Shown here in pieces: positions 43,817 to 52,167 of a stretch of 56,662 nucleotides of DNA (position 1 is its first letter; each line of letters opens with the position of its first letter). The stretch comes from Nanobdellota archaeon. Lineage in GTDB: Archaea > Nanobdellota > Nanobdellia > Woesearchaeales > CG1-02-33-12. The notes beneath the pieces are model-generated. The model was not told the origin of the DNA and did no database searches. It worked only from the letters and a program-made list of their open reading frames with translations. The stretch covers positions 1-56,662 of the forward strand of contig JAHJQG010000040.1 in NCBI GenBank assembly GCA_018819345.1. The letters run 5' to 3'. A program made the translations under genes and the position numbers.

Positions 43817-43972
43817 ATGAAATGCGAAATATGCAAGAAAAAGATTGAGGAGACTTTTTTGAAAAAGATATTGGGCACTTATGTAAAGAATGGGAAAGGA
43901 AAAAAGCATGCTGTATGCTTTGAATGCCAGAAAAAGTTTCCAAGCAAAGAAGAGCTGCTAAAACAGCTTTAA
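43817..43972 (+). CDS. 51-aa CxxC...CxxC zinc-ribbon miniprotein (below the ORF-track cutoff)
   Basis: MKCEICKKKIEETFLKKILGTYVKNGKGKKHAVCFECQKKFPSKEELLKQL*. Read manually. Confidence 0.45.
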   Translation: MKCEICKKKIEETFLKKILGTYVKNGKGKKHAVCFECQKKFPSKEELLKQL

Positions 43973-43978
43973 TTCTCT

Positions 43979-44052
43979 GCCTCGGTAGCTTAGCTAGCCA
44001 GAGCAGCAGACTCGTAATCTGCAGGTCGGGGGTGCAAATCCCTCTCGAGGCT
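43979..44052 (+). tRNA. tRNA-Thr(CGU)
   Basis: GCCUCGG..GCAGA-CUCGUAA-UCUGC-AGGUC-GGGGG-UGCAAAU-CCCUC-UCGAGGC-U, followed by T6. The T-loop has G where U55 is expected. Confidence 0.85.
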
Positions 44053-44109
44053 TTTTTAAAAAGCAAAATTTTAAATATTAATGTCCTATTTTGAAAAAAA
44101 GGTGAGAAT

Positions 44110-44538
44110 ATGCAACATGAGGAACAAAAAGAGGAAATAAAAAATCAACCAACAACAAAAGAAGAAGACAGAAAAAGGATATTAAAAATAATATTTGGAA
44201 CGGTTTTTGTTGTGATAATTGCTTCTTATTTATTATACTTGAGAATTGTAGCAAAATCAATAAAAGAATTAGTTTTAATAATAGTTGCTTCTATCATTGT
44301 AATTATTTATCTCACGCGTCAAAAGCGTTTTGAGTTATCTAAATGGGGAAAAGAATGGGTAAGAAGAGGTTTAAAAATAAGGTGGATTTTGTGGTTAGGA
44401 TTGTTTCTTGCATTTTTATCTTTTCTATTTTATAAAGTTTATCCAGAAAATGATTTATGGGTCTTTGCAGTAATACCAGCAATTCTTCTTTTAGCAACTT
44501 ATATGTATAGACCACCTTTCCTATTTAAATCAGAATAA
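44110..44538 (+). CDS. membrane protein, function unknown
   Basis: 142 aa, charged N-terminus then 4 hydrophobic segments. Confidence 0.5.
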   Translation: MQHEEQKEEIKNQPTTKEEDRKRILKIIFGTVFVVIIASYLLYLRIVAKSIKELVLIIVASIIVIIYLTRQKRFELSKWGKEWVRRGLKIRWILWLGLFLAFLSFLFYKVYPENDLWVFAVIPAILLLATYMYRPPFLFKSE

Positions 44539-44622
44539 AAATAAATTTTTAAAATTTAATTTTAAAATAAAAAAATTCTAATTAATCAAAAATCTTAATT
44601 CTTCTAAAATTTCCCTGTTTAA

Positions 44623-44703
44623 CTATTTTTTCTTCATAACAAAAAAATAGTAGAGAAGGGCTAATAAAATTATTACTAAAACAACCCATATCCATGTTTC
44701 CAT
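44623..44703 (-). CDS. 26-aa single-TM peptide
   Basis: METWIWVVLVIILLALLYYFFVMKKK*. AAGGAGG lies 7 nt upstream of its ATG. Confidence 0.35.
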   Translation of the reverse strand: METWIWVVLVIILLALLYYFFVMKKK

Positions 44704-44897
44704 TTTAAAACCTCCTTTTATTTTTTATAAAACCTCTTTCAACTATATACATAATCACTCATATTTAAAACTTTCTTTAATTGGACTGGAAAAAGCCAAA
44801 ATCCTAAAATTATTGCTTAAAAACCGAAAGGTTTATGAGTAAGCAGTTTTTATTCATTTAAAAAGGCCTTTAAAAAGGCTTATATGGGGGTTTAAAA

Positions 44898-45440
44898 ATG
44901 GCTAAAGCAATAAGAATTGTCAACATGGTTGTTTCTACGGACTTTAAGCATCCATTGAATCTAGAAAAAATAGCATCTACTCTGCCAAATACAGAGTATA
45001 ATCCAGAGCAATTTCCAGGACTTGTTATAAGATTAAAAACGCCAAAATCATCAGCACTTCTCTTTACAACTGGGCGTGTTGTTTGCACTGGTGCAAAGAC
45101 GATGAAAGAAGTAAAAGAGTCTATCCATAAGATAATGAAACTTTTAGAGAGAGTAAAAGTCAAGATAACTATTGAGCCTGAAATACATGTGCAGAACATG
45201 GTTGCTTCTGGTGCTTTAGGTTTTGCACTTAACCTTAATGATCTGGTTATGAAGCTAAGAAATGTTGAGTATGAGCCAGAGCAATTTCCAGGATTGGTTT
45301 ATAAAATTAAAGAGCCAAAGGCAAGCTTTTTGTTGTTCTCTAACGGCAAGATAGTCTGCACAGGCGTTAAAAGCAAGAAAGAGGCAGACGAGGCTGTTGC
45401 AAAACTGGAGGCAACATTAGAAAAGGCAAAAAAGAAATGA
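44898..45440 (+). CDS. tbp: TATA-box binding protein
   Basis: 180 aa, two direct repeats (NMV.S..L...L.L..I.......EYEPEQFPGL.YR). BRE/TATA ccgaaaggtttatga at 44823-44837. Confidence 0.95.
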   Translation: MAKAIRIVNMVVSTDFKHPLNLEKIASTLPNTEYNPEQFPGLVIRLKTPKSSALLFTTGRVVCTGAKTMKEVKESIHKIMKLLERVKVKITIEPEIHVQNMVASGALGFALNLNDLVMKLRNVEYEPEQFPGLVYKIKEPKASFLLFSNGKIVCTGVKSKKEADEAVAKLEATLEKAKKK

Positions 45441-45664
45441 AAACGCAGCAAATTAATGAAAAAGACCTTGAAAAAATGAATAGTGTATTTATTTCTCTGA
45501 AAACAAGGAAGAATGAGATATCTGCGAAAGAGTTTGCTCAGGAACTTAAATGGAAGTTTGATAAAACTGTTGATGCTCTAAGGACTATTTTTGACAACCC
45601 AGAGAAATACAAAACATTATTTTATGTTCTTTTAAACTCAAACAATAAGATTTTTTTAAGATAA
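45437..45664 (+). CDS. hypothetical small protein translationally coupled to tbp
   Basis: 75 aa. ATGA overlap with the tbp stop. Confidence 0.4.
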   Translation: MKTQQINEKDLEKMNSVFISLKTRKNEISAKEFAQELKWKFDKTVDALRTIFDNPEKYKTLFYVLLNSNNKIFLR

Positions 45665-45665
45665 A

Positions 45666-46436
45666 TTAATTTTTAAATAATTTTTTTAATATATCAAGAG
45701 TGTAGAGTATTATTGCATAAGCCTGCTGCTTTGTTGGAAAAAAAGCCTCTTTTTTCTTGTGGACAGATGAGATTCTCACCTTGTTTATCAGGTGAATCTG
45801 GTCTTTTATGCCGGGGTCGAATTCAACCTTGTTATTGAGCTTTGCTATTAAGTTTCCTAGGCCAATTCCTGGATTTGTTTCTAATATATCTTTTCCTATT
45901 GCCTCAAAGTATTTTCTATGCAAAGCAGTTTCTAATATCCTGCCGCAGAGTATTGTTGAAGACCTATAACATTTTGCATTAAAACAGCGCTTTAGTTCCC
46001 TGATATCAGCCATTACATCTGGCTCTATTCCTGATGGAAGTGTTGGAATATCAAAGTTTAGTTCATCTTCTTTTACTGTTTTTGATTTAAGCAATGCTGT
46101 GATTTCAGCTATATCTTCAAGACATGAAACCATATCCTCAAAATTAGACATTTGATATTTCCTCTCGGTTTTTATAACAAGCTCAAGTATTTTTATTATG
46201 TTTTGCTCGTTTGCTTTGTCTATATTATAAACTCCTGAAAGGGCCCATGCAGATGATTTAAGCTCTTTCATTGAATTAGAAAGTGATGCTCTCATATAAT
46301 CTTCCTTGTTCTGCCTGAAATCAAATAGTCTCTTAGCTTTCTGTTTTTTCATGCTTAGCTTCTTAGAAATAATATTATTCAGGTTGTTTCTCAGGTTATT
46401 AACGCTTTTTTTAAAATCTAATAAAGGATCAGACAT
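45666..46436 (-). CDS. DUF4145/HEPN-superfamily protein with an N-terminal coiled coil
   Basis: 256 aa. CGRILETALH...LGNLIAKL...INKVRISSVHKK (an R-x4-H motif). Confidence 0.5.
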   Translation of the reverse strand: MSDPLLDFKKSVNNLRNNLNNIISKKLSMKKQKAKRLFDFRQNKEDYMRASLSNSMKELKSSAWALSGVYNIDKANEQNIIKILELVIKTERKYQMSNFEDMVSCLEDIAEITALLKSKTVKEDELNFDIPTLPSGIEPDVMADIRELKRCFNAKCYRSSTILCGRILETALHRKYFEAIGKDILETNPGIGLGNLIAKLNNKVEFDPGIKDQIHLINKVRISSVHKKKEAFFPTKQQAYAIILYTLDILKKLFKN

Positions 46437-46544
46437 TTAATAAGGATAGTAAGAGCAACTTAATAAAATTTTTGTATGTTTTTCAGAAATGTTTAAATAA
46501 GAATAGGCCAATACCTTAGTTATCCATAAAAAGGAGGTTGCCTT

Positions 46545-46772
46545 ATGAAAATCATAATAGACACAAAAGAGGATTCTAATGAGGATATTAAAAAGCTGAT
46601 AAAGATGCTTTCAAGCCTTATTGGAGAGGAATACAAATCAGGGGATGAAAATAAGGAAATACCAGAAGTCTCTGAAGGAACATTTAACATGTTTGACAGC
46701 TCAGCAGAAGAAAAACAGGAAGAATATAAAGAAGAAAAGCCATTTGAATTAAATGATGTTGTAACTTACTGA
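46545..46772 (+). CDS. small acidic protein upstream of archease
   Basis: 75 aa, E/D-rich. GGAGGT lies upstream of the start. Confidence 0.4.
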   Translation: MKIIIDTKEDSNEDIKKLIKMLSSLIGEEYKSGDENKEIPEVSEGTFNMFDSSAEEKQEEYKEEKPFELNDVVTY

Positions 46773-46774
46773 AG

Positions 46775-47188
46775 ATGGAAAAATACAAATTTATAGATGA
46801 CCTTACATCAGATGTAATGTTTGAGGCCTATGGAAAAAACCTTAAAGAGCTTTTTAAGAACTCTGCACTTGCACTATTCAGTCTTATATGTGAGATAAAC
46901 AATGTTGGAGAGGAAAAAACAATTGATATTGAAGTTAGTGGGGATTCATTAGAAGAATTAATGGTTAACTGGCTGCAGGAATTGATAGCTTTGGTTGATA
47001 CAGAGGAAATGTTTTTCTCAAGGTTTGAAATAATAGAAATCAATGAAAATAATTTAAAGGCAAAAGCTTATGGAGAACCTATAAGCCCTGAAAAAGCAGG
47101 TGTTGTTGTCAAGGGAGTTACATATTACAAACTAAAGCTTGAAAAAATAAAAGATAATTATAAAGCAACCATAAGCTTGGATATTTAA
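46775..47188 (+). CDS. archease (RtcB activator)
   Basis: 137 aa. Begins YKFIDDLTSDVMFEAYG and ends with a VKGVTYYKL-type motif. Lies immediately upstream of rtcB. Confidence 0.85.
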   Translation: MEKYKFIDDLTSDVMFEAYGKNLKELFKNSALALFSLICEINNVGEEKTIDIEVSGDSLEELMVNWLQELIALVDTEEMFFSRFEIIEINENNLKAKAYGEPISPEKAGVVVKGVTYYKLKLEKIKDNYKATISLDI

Positions 47189-47197
47189 GGTGTTAAG

Positions 47198-48592
47198 ATG
47201 AAAGAAAAAATCCAGAAAATAAATGATTATGAATGGTTATTGCCAAAAAATGCAAGAGAAGGAATGAAGGTTGATGCAAAGATTATTGCAAACAGAGCAA
47301 TATTAGATGCAATTGAAGACAGCGCTGTTCAACAGCTTACAAATGTTGCATGCCTGCCAGGAATTGTTGAGCCAGTTATTGGATTGCCAGACATGCACTT
47401 TGGTTATGGTTTACCAATGGGTGCAGTAAGTGCATTTGACAGTGAAAAAGGAATAATCTCAGCAGGTTTGTGTGGCTTCGATATAAACTGTGGAATAAAC
47501 TCCATAAGAACAAATTTAACAGTTGAGGAAGTCAATGAAAAATTAAAAGAGCTTATTCCAGCATTATTCAATGCAATTCCATGCGGTGTTGGCTCCAAGG
47601 GAAAGCTAAGGTTAAATTATAATGAGCTTGATAATGTTATGACTCATGGAGTTAATTGGGCTGTTGAAAATGGCTATGGAACAAAAGAGGATATAAAAAA
47701 TACAGAGGAAAATGGCTGCATGCCTGGTGCAGATCCCTCAAAGGTTTCTGATCTGGCAAAAAAAAGGGGATTACCACAGCTTGGCACTTTAGGGGCAGGG
47801 AATCATTTTCTCGAGATACAGAAAGTGAGTGATATCTTTGATAAGGAATATGCAAAAAAACTAGGGATTGTTAATAAAGACCAGGTCATGATTATGCTTC
47901 ACTGCGGAAGCAGGGGTTTTGGACACCAGATTGCAACAGATTATCTTAAAATACAGGAGAGAGCTGTTAAAAAATACAATATCTGGCTTCCTGACAGGCA
48001 GCTTGCATGCGCTCCTGTAAATTCAGAGGAAGGCCAGGATTACTATAGTGCAATGAAGTGTGCTGTTAACTATTCTTTTACAAACAGGCTTGTTATGACA
48101 CAGTGGATAAGGGAAACCTTTGAAAAAGTGTTTAAAAAATCATGGGAAGATATGGACATGCAGACTGTTTATGCAATCTGCCATAATGTTGTAAAGCTTG
48201 ATAAAATAAAAGGCAGGGAATATTATGTTCATAGAAAAGGTGCAACAAGGGCCTTTCCTGACCTGCCTGTTATTGTTGCAGGAACAATGGGAACAGCTTC
48301 ATATATCTGTAAGGGAACAGAGCTTGCTTTGGAAAAAACCTTTGGAAGCTCGTGCCATGGCTCTGGGCGCGCTATGAGCAGGCATGCTGCATTAAGGAAA
48401 TTCAGAGGAGAAAAAGTAAATGAAGAGTTAAAGCAGAAGGGCATAATAGGAAAAGCAGGCAACTGGAAATCATTTGCAGAAGAAGCTCCTGGATGCTACA
48501 AGGATGTTGAGCAGGTTGTTGATTCTGTTCATAATGCAGGAATAAGCTTAAAGGTTGTTAGAATGAAACCCTTGGGAGTTCTTAAGGGTTAA
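47198..48592 (+). CDS. rtcB: RNA-splicing ligase RtcB
   Basis: 464 aa. PDMHFGYG, GFDINCG, GAGNHF, HCGSRGFGHQ and SSCHGSGR. No intein. Confidence 0.95.
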   Translation: MKEKIQKINDYEWLLPKNAREGMKVDAKIIANRAILDAIEDSAVQQLTNVACLPGIVEPVIGLPDMHFGYGLPMGAVSAFDSEKGIISAGLCGFDINCGINSIRTNLTVEEVNEKLKELIPALFNAIPCGVGSKGKLRLNYNELDNVMTHGVNWAVENGYGTKEDIKNTEENGCMPGADPSKVSDLAKKRGLPQLGTLGAGNHFLEIQKVSDIFDKEYAKKLGIVNKDQVMIMLHCGSRGFGHQIATDYLKIQERAVKKYNIWLPDRQLACAPVNSEEGQDYYSAMKCAVNYSFTNRLVMTQWIRETFEKVFKKSWEDMDMQTVYAICHNVVKLDKIKGREYYVHRKGATRAFPDLPVIVAGTMGTASYICKGTELALEKTFGSSCHGSGRAMSRHAALRKFRGEKVNEELKQKGIIGKAGNWKSFAEEAPGCYKDVEQVVDSVHNAGISLKVVRMKPLGVLKG

Positions 48593-49013
48593 ACTTCTTC
48601 ATAAACTTTTTTACTTCTTTAACAGATTTTTTTACTTCTTTAATTATCTTATCTGTAGCCATATTTTCCCTTGCATAATCCATTATGGGCTTGACAGAGC
48701 TGATTCCTCTGCCGAATCTTTCCATCCATTTGTGTCTTGGAAATATCTAGACATGGAAGTTATACTCTGTGTCTTCGTTCTGAAAAAAGTAAACATCTTC
48801 AATACCTAAAACATCTTTCATTCCTTTCCTTACCTCGCGGAGAAGCATTATAAATTCAATGGTTTCATCATCATTAAACTCAGAAATAGAGCACATCTTT
48901 CTTTTTGGTGATAAAATAAAGAAACCTGTTATTGGAAATTTCCAGTCCTGACTAACCTCAAAGTTCCTAGTGATTATTACTGAATCATTTGGAAATAAGA
49001 TTTTATTTTTCAT
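48582..49013 (-). pseudogene. HIT-like fold protein interrupted by an in-frame TAG (48747-48749) inside the histidine-triad-like motif
   Basis: ...YFFQNEDTEYNFHV*IFPRHKWMERFGRG... continues for 54 codons to TAA at 48582-48584. Its tail overlaps the rtcB 3' end by 11 nt. The family call is from memory. Confidence 0.45.
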
Positions 49014-49019
49014 TTAAGG

Positions 49020-49679
49020 TTATATTTCTATTATTTTTCCCTTTCTGCCGACATTTATAACCCTTGTTTTTCCTATCTTTTCCTCAATTCCTTCTGCCTC
49101 ATGAACATGCGAGCAGAGAAGGATGTCTGGCTTAAAACTGTCTATCGCCTTTTTAACACCTTTTGAGCCTGGAAATATTTTAGTGAATTTCTCCATCTTT
49201 GTTCCAGAAGGATGAACATGTGTTATCATTATTTTCTTGTCTAAATATTTTATTTTATCAAATCCTTTTTTTAATAAACTGAATATTTCTTTTTCCCCAA
49301 GCTGAAACAACCCAATGTTAGCTCCGCCGCAGCCAAAAAGGCCAACATCTTTGTATTTAACAGAATAGCCATGTAAATTCTTTGCCCCGTAAAGCTCTGC
49401 CAAAAAATCAGCTGTTGCAACAGTTTCATGGTTTCCTGGAATAAGAATTACCTTTTTTTTCCTCTTAACAAAAGGGCCTATAATGTTTGAAGTGTCTTTT
49501 TCTCCCAGTGTTAAGTCGCCGCAAAGTATTACCAAGTCAACCTTTTCTTTTTTTGCCTTTTCAGCAAGCTTTTCTGCAAGGCCTGTGTCGCCGTGTATGT
49601 CCCCGGAAGCAAGTATTCTTAATCTTGATTTTTTGGGTTTTGTTTTGGCCTTCTCTATTGATTTTTTCTTTTTTTCCAT
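49020..49679 (-). CDS. metallophosphoesterase (calcineurin-like)
   Basis: 219 aa. ASGDIHGD, CGDL, GNHE, and HVHP and SHVH motifs. Confidence 0.8.
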   Translation of the reverse strand: MEKKKKSIEKAKTKPKKSRLRILASGDIHGDTGLAEKLAEKAKKEKVDLVILCGDLTLGEKDTSNIIGPFVKRKKKVILIPGNHETVATADFLAELYGAKNLHGYSVKYKDVGLFGCGGANIGLFQLGEKEIFSLLKKGFDKIKYLDKKIMITHVHPSGTKMEKFTKIFPGSKGVKKAIDSFKPDILLCSHVHEAEGIEEKIGKTRVINVGRKGKIIEI

Positions 49680-49682
49680 ATT

Positions 49683-50255
49683 TTATCTCTTTATTATCTC
49701 AGGTTTCTCTTTTGTCAAATCAATGATTTTAGATGGCCTGCCCTTCTTTGTTCCCACATAAACAATAAAGTCAACCTTGCTTTTTATTTTTGGATTAAGG
49801 TCATCAATAGATGTCATAAAGTCCTCTCCAGCAATGTTTGCACTTGTAGTTACAAAGGGAACACCTGCTTTTTCAACAAGAGCAGTAAACCAGTGCTTTG
49901 GAATTCTAACTCCTAAAGTATCCCATGCATTGTTAACTGTTTTTGAAACAGCTTTTTTGTTCTTAAGCTTTAGTATCAAGGTATATCTTCCGGGAAGTTT
50001 GTTGATCCATTTCTCAATATTTTTTGTAATAACACAATTATCATAAATCCACTGTTTTGATGGTGCTATGACTAAGAAAGGCATTGTTTGCCTTTTTTTC
50101 ATCTTTCTTATCTTATTAACAGCCTTTGAATCAAGGGCATTACATCCTATTCCATAGATAGTGTCTGTTGGATGTACAATTATTGATCCATTCCTTATCT
50201 TTCTCACTGCATCTTCCTTTCTCAGCAAGACTTCTTCTTTTATGTAGATTCTCAT
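49683..50255 (-). CDS. tsaC: L-threonylcarbamoyladenylate synthase, YrdC-only form (Sua5/YrdC/YwlC family)
   Basis: 190 aa. IIVHPTDTIYGIGCNA, PFVTTSAN. Confidence 0.8.
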   Translation of the reverse strand: MRIYIKEEVLLRKEDAVRKIRNGSIIVHPTDTIYGIGCNALDSKAVNKIRKMKKRQTMPFLVIAPSKQWIYDNCVITKNIEKWINKLPGRYTLILKLKNKKAVSKTVNNAWDTLGVRIPKHWFTALVEKAGVPFVTTSANIAGEDFMTSIDDLNPKIKSKVDFIVYVGTKKGRPSKIIDLTKEKPEIIKR

Positions 50256-50321
50256 AATCAGGTGGTAGTAACTCCTCTTTAAATATTTTATTAAAGTGGA
50301 TAATATAAGTTAGAATAAAAA

Positions 50322-50338
50322 CCCCCTCAAAGAGGGGG
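50322..50338 (-). terminator. GC hairpin plus T-run
   Basis: The minus strand reads CCCCCU-CUUUG-AGGGGG followed by UUUUUAUU, 15 nt after the sORF3 stop. Confidence 0.5.
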
Positions 50339-50353
50339 CAGAGGTGTTTGGAT

Positions 50354-50491
50354 TTAAAGGTTCTTTATGCTTTGCTTGTAAACGCCCTGTTGCCAGTAAA
50401 AATACTCCAGAAAGTCAATTTTTACCTTGTAATCATTCCATTCTACAAATTTTGTCTTAAACAGTTTTTTAAATAAATTGAATTTAATCAC
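50354..50491 (-). CDS. candidate small ORF 3 (45 aa, GTG start)
   Basis: GGAGGTG overlaps the GTG start. (M)IKFNLFKKLFKTKFVEWNDYKVKIDFLEYFYWQQGVYKQSIKNL*. Confidence 0.25.
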   Translation of the reverse strand: MIKFNLFKKLFKTKFVEWNDYKVKIDFLEYFYWQQGVYKQSIKNL

Positions 50492-50508
50492 CTCCAAATT
50501 TAAATTTT

Positions 50509-50607
50509 CTAGTTAAAAACCTGCACTAGTTTGTCTGTGTTGAAAGTCAGGTTTTTTATCTGCTGAAAAAATATGTTTTCAATTGTTTTTATGCTTAAAT
50601 CATTCAT
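50509..50607 (-). CDS. candidate small ORF 2 (32 aa)
   Basis: AGGTGAT lies 5 nt upstream of the ATG. MNDLSIKTIENIFFQQIKNLTFNTDKLVQVFN*. Confidence 0.25.
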   Translation of the reverse strand: MNDLSIKTIENIFFQQIKNLTFNTDKLVQVFN

Positions 50608-50613
50608 TTTTTA

Positions 50614-50736
50614 TCACCTCTGGCAATAAGAATATCTGTTTTGTTTAAATACCTCATCCAGACAGTTGTCCAGTGTCCAGTGGATATTGAAATGCCTGTA
50701 TGTGAAGAAATCATTTGTTTCAAGGCCTGCATGCAT
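50614..50736 (-). CDS. candidate small ORF 1 (40 aa)
   Basis: MHAGLETNDFFTYRHFNIHWTLDNCLDEVFKQNRYSYCQR*. Its TGA sits inside the AGGTGAT that serves sORF2. Confidence 0.2.
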   Translation of the reverse strand: MHAGLETNDFFTYRHFNIHWTLDNCLDEVFKQNRYSYCQR

Positions 50737-50782
50737 TGGACAAAAGGTTAAATTAAAATACTGGTATTTATTTTAGTTAGCT

Positions 50783-51055
50783 ATGAAAAGGGTTCATATT
50801 ATTATATCTGGCTATGTGCAGGGTGTTTGCTTCAGGTATTTCACAAAGATTGAGGCCAGGAGGTTAGGACTTAAAGGCTTTGTGAAAAACCTGCCTAATG
50901 GAGATGTAGAGGTTGTTGCAGAGGGCAATGAGAAAGAGCTTAATGAACTGATTGATTTCTGCAGAAAGGGCCCTATGTTCTCGTGTGTTGCTAATCTTAA
51001 ACTTGAATATGGGGAATTTAAAGGAGAGTTTGATGATTTTACATTTAAATCCTAG
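50783..51055 (+). CDS. acyP: acylphosphatase
   Basis: 90 aa. ISGYVQGVCFRYF, GFVKNLPNGDVEVVAEG. Confidence 0.85.
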   Translation: MKRVHIIISGYVQGVCFRYFTKIEARRLGLKGFVKNLPNGDVEVVAEGNEKELNELIDFCRKGPMFSCVANLKLEYGEFKGEFDDFTFKS

Positions 51056-52125
51056 AAATCAGTAATCTTTTTTGTTATATCCTTATAGTTTATTACTGTT
51101 GTTTTTCCTTCCTTTCCGCCGGTTATCTTCTCAGTTGATATAAATTTATCCTTATCCAGCTTTGCTATCTTTCTCTGAAAGGTTTTATAGACAGCCTTGC
51201 CACCTGCTGCTTGATATTCCTTGTAGATTTCACCTATCTTTTTCCCAGAATTCTTTTTTATTATATCCAGGATAAACTTCTTGTCTTCCTCTAATTCAGA
51301 GCTTTTCTTTGTGCTGAATTCTGTGAGTTTTTCAATTGCTTTTTTAACATCATCTACTGTTATTTTTCTTGAAGAGCGGTCTTCTGCACTATTGCCTGCC
51401 TCTTTTAGTATGAATAATCCTGACCTTATATCCCCTAAGCTGAATGTTTCATTAACCGCAAACTCAACTGCATCTTCATCCCAAACACTTTCTACAAATG
51501 CATAATTTATTCTTTCCTTTAGTATGCCCCTTGTTTCTTCTTGGTTGTAAGGCCTGAACTCAAGCATCTCTGGAGTTAGTCTTGATTTTATTCTGCCATC
51601 AAGCTCACTAATCCAGCTGCCACTATTTGTTATTAAAAAGATTGATTTCCTGTAAATTTCTTCTAAGATCATGTATAAAAAGTCAAAGTCTTCTAGCTTG
51701 TCTGATTCATCAAATACAAAAACAGCTGACTTCTTGTTGAGCATTGATTTGACAATGCTGAAAAGCTCATCTGTCTTCTTGTTGTGCGTCAGCTTATAGC
51801 CAATGATACTGCATATCTCGATCAGGATTTTAAAGCTAGTGTTTTTCTGCCAGCAGTTTATGTAGATTGGGATTATCTCATCTGATTCCTGCTCTAAATC
51901 TTGTAAAACATGCCTGCATGCAACTGTTTTTCCAATGCCTGGTCTGCCATATATGAAAAGATTCCTTCCATTCCTTCTCTGCAACAAAGGCTTTATGCAT
52001 GAGGCCATCTGCTGCTGCTCACCCTCGCGGTATTTAATCAGCTTTGGCATGTAGTCATAATCCAGGGCAACAGAATTCTTAAAAAGTGTTTCATCAGATT
52101 TCAGCATGTCTTTGAATAAGGCCAT
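51052..52125 (-). CDS. cdc6: Orc1/Cdc6 replication initiator
   Basis: 357 aa. REGEQQQM, GRPGIGKT, VFDESD and a C-terminal wHTH. Confidence 0.9.
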   Translation of the reverse strand: MALFKDMLKSDETLFKNSVALDYDYMPKLIKYREGEQQQMASCIKPLLQRRNGRNLFIYGRPGIGKTVACRHVLQDLEQESDEIIPIYINCWQKNTSFKILIEICSIIGYKLTHNKKTDELFSIVKSMLNKKSAVFVFDESDKLEDFDFLYMILEEIYRKSIFLITNSGSWISELDGRIKSRLTPEMLEFRPYNQEETRGILKERINYAFVESVWDEDAVEFAVNETFSLGDIRSGLFILKEAGNSAEDRSSRKITVDDVKKAIEKLTEFSTKKSSELEEDKKFILDIIKKNSGKKIGEIYKEYQAAGGKAVYKTFQRKIAKLDKDKFISTEKITGGKEGKTTVINYKDITKKITDF

Positions 52126-52167
52126 AAAACAAAATAAAAGAAAGAGATTTATATAGTTTTTGATTAG

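Noticed and set aside
43815-44066. 83-aa minus-strand ORF from the track
   Set aside because: It lies antisense across tRNA-Thr(CGU) and the small zinc-ribbon ORF, has no ribosome-binding site and is of low complexity.
13611-48749. Genome-wide reassignment of TAG (sense or Pyl codon), suggested by two in-frame TAGs
   Set aside because: TAG terminates several well-conserved genes at their expected C-termini: cdc6 (51052), acyP (51055), porA (41710), the radical SAM gene (26828) and the GH-like gene (19024). No pyl genes or tRNA(CUA) are in the window. Nonsense mutations or minority alleles are more parsimonious.
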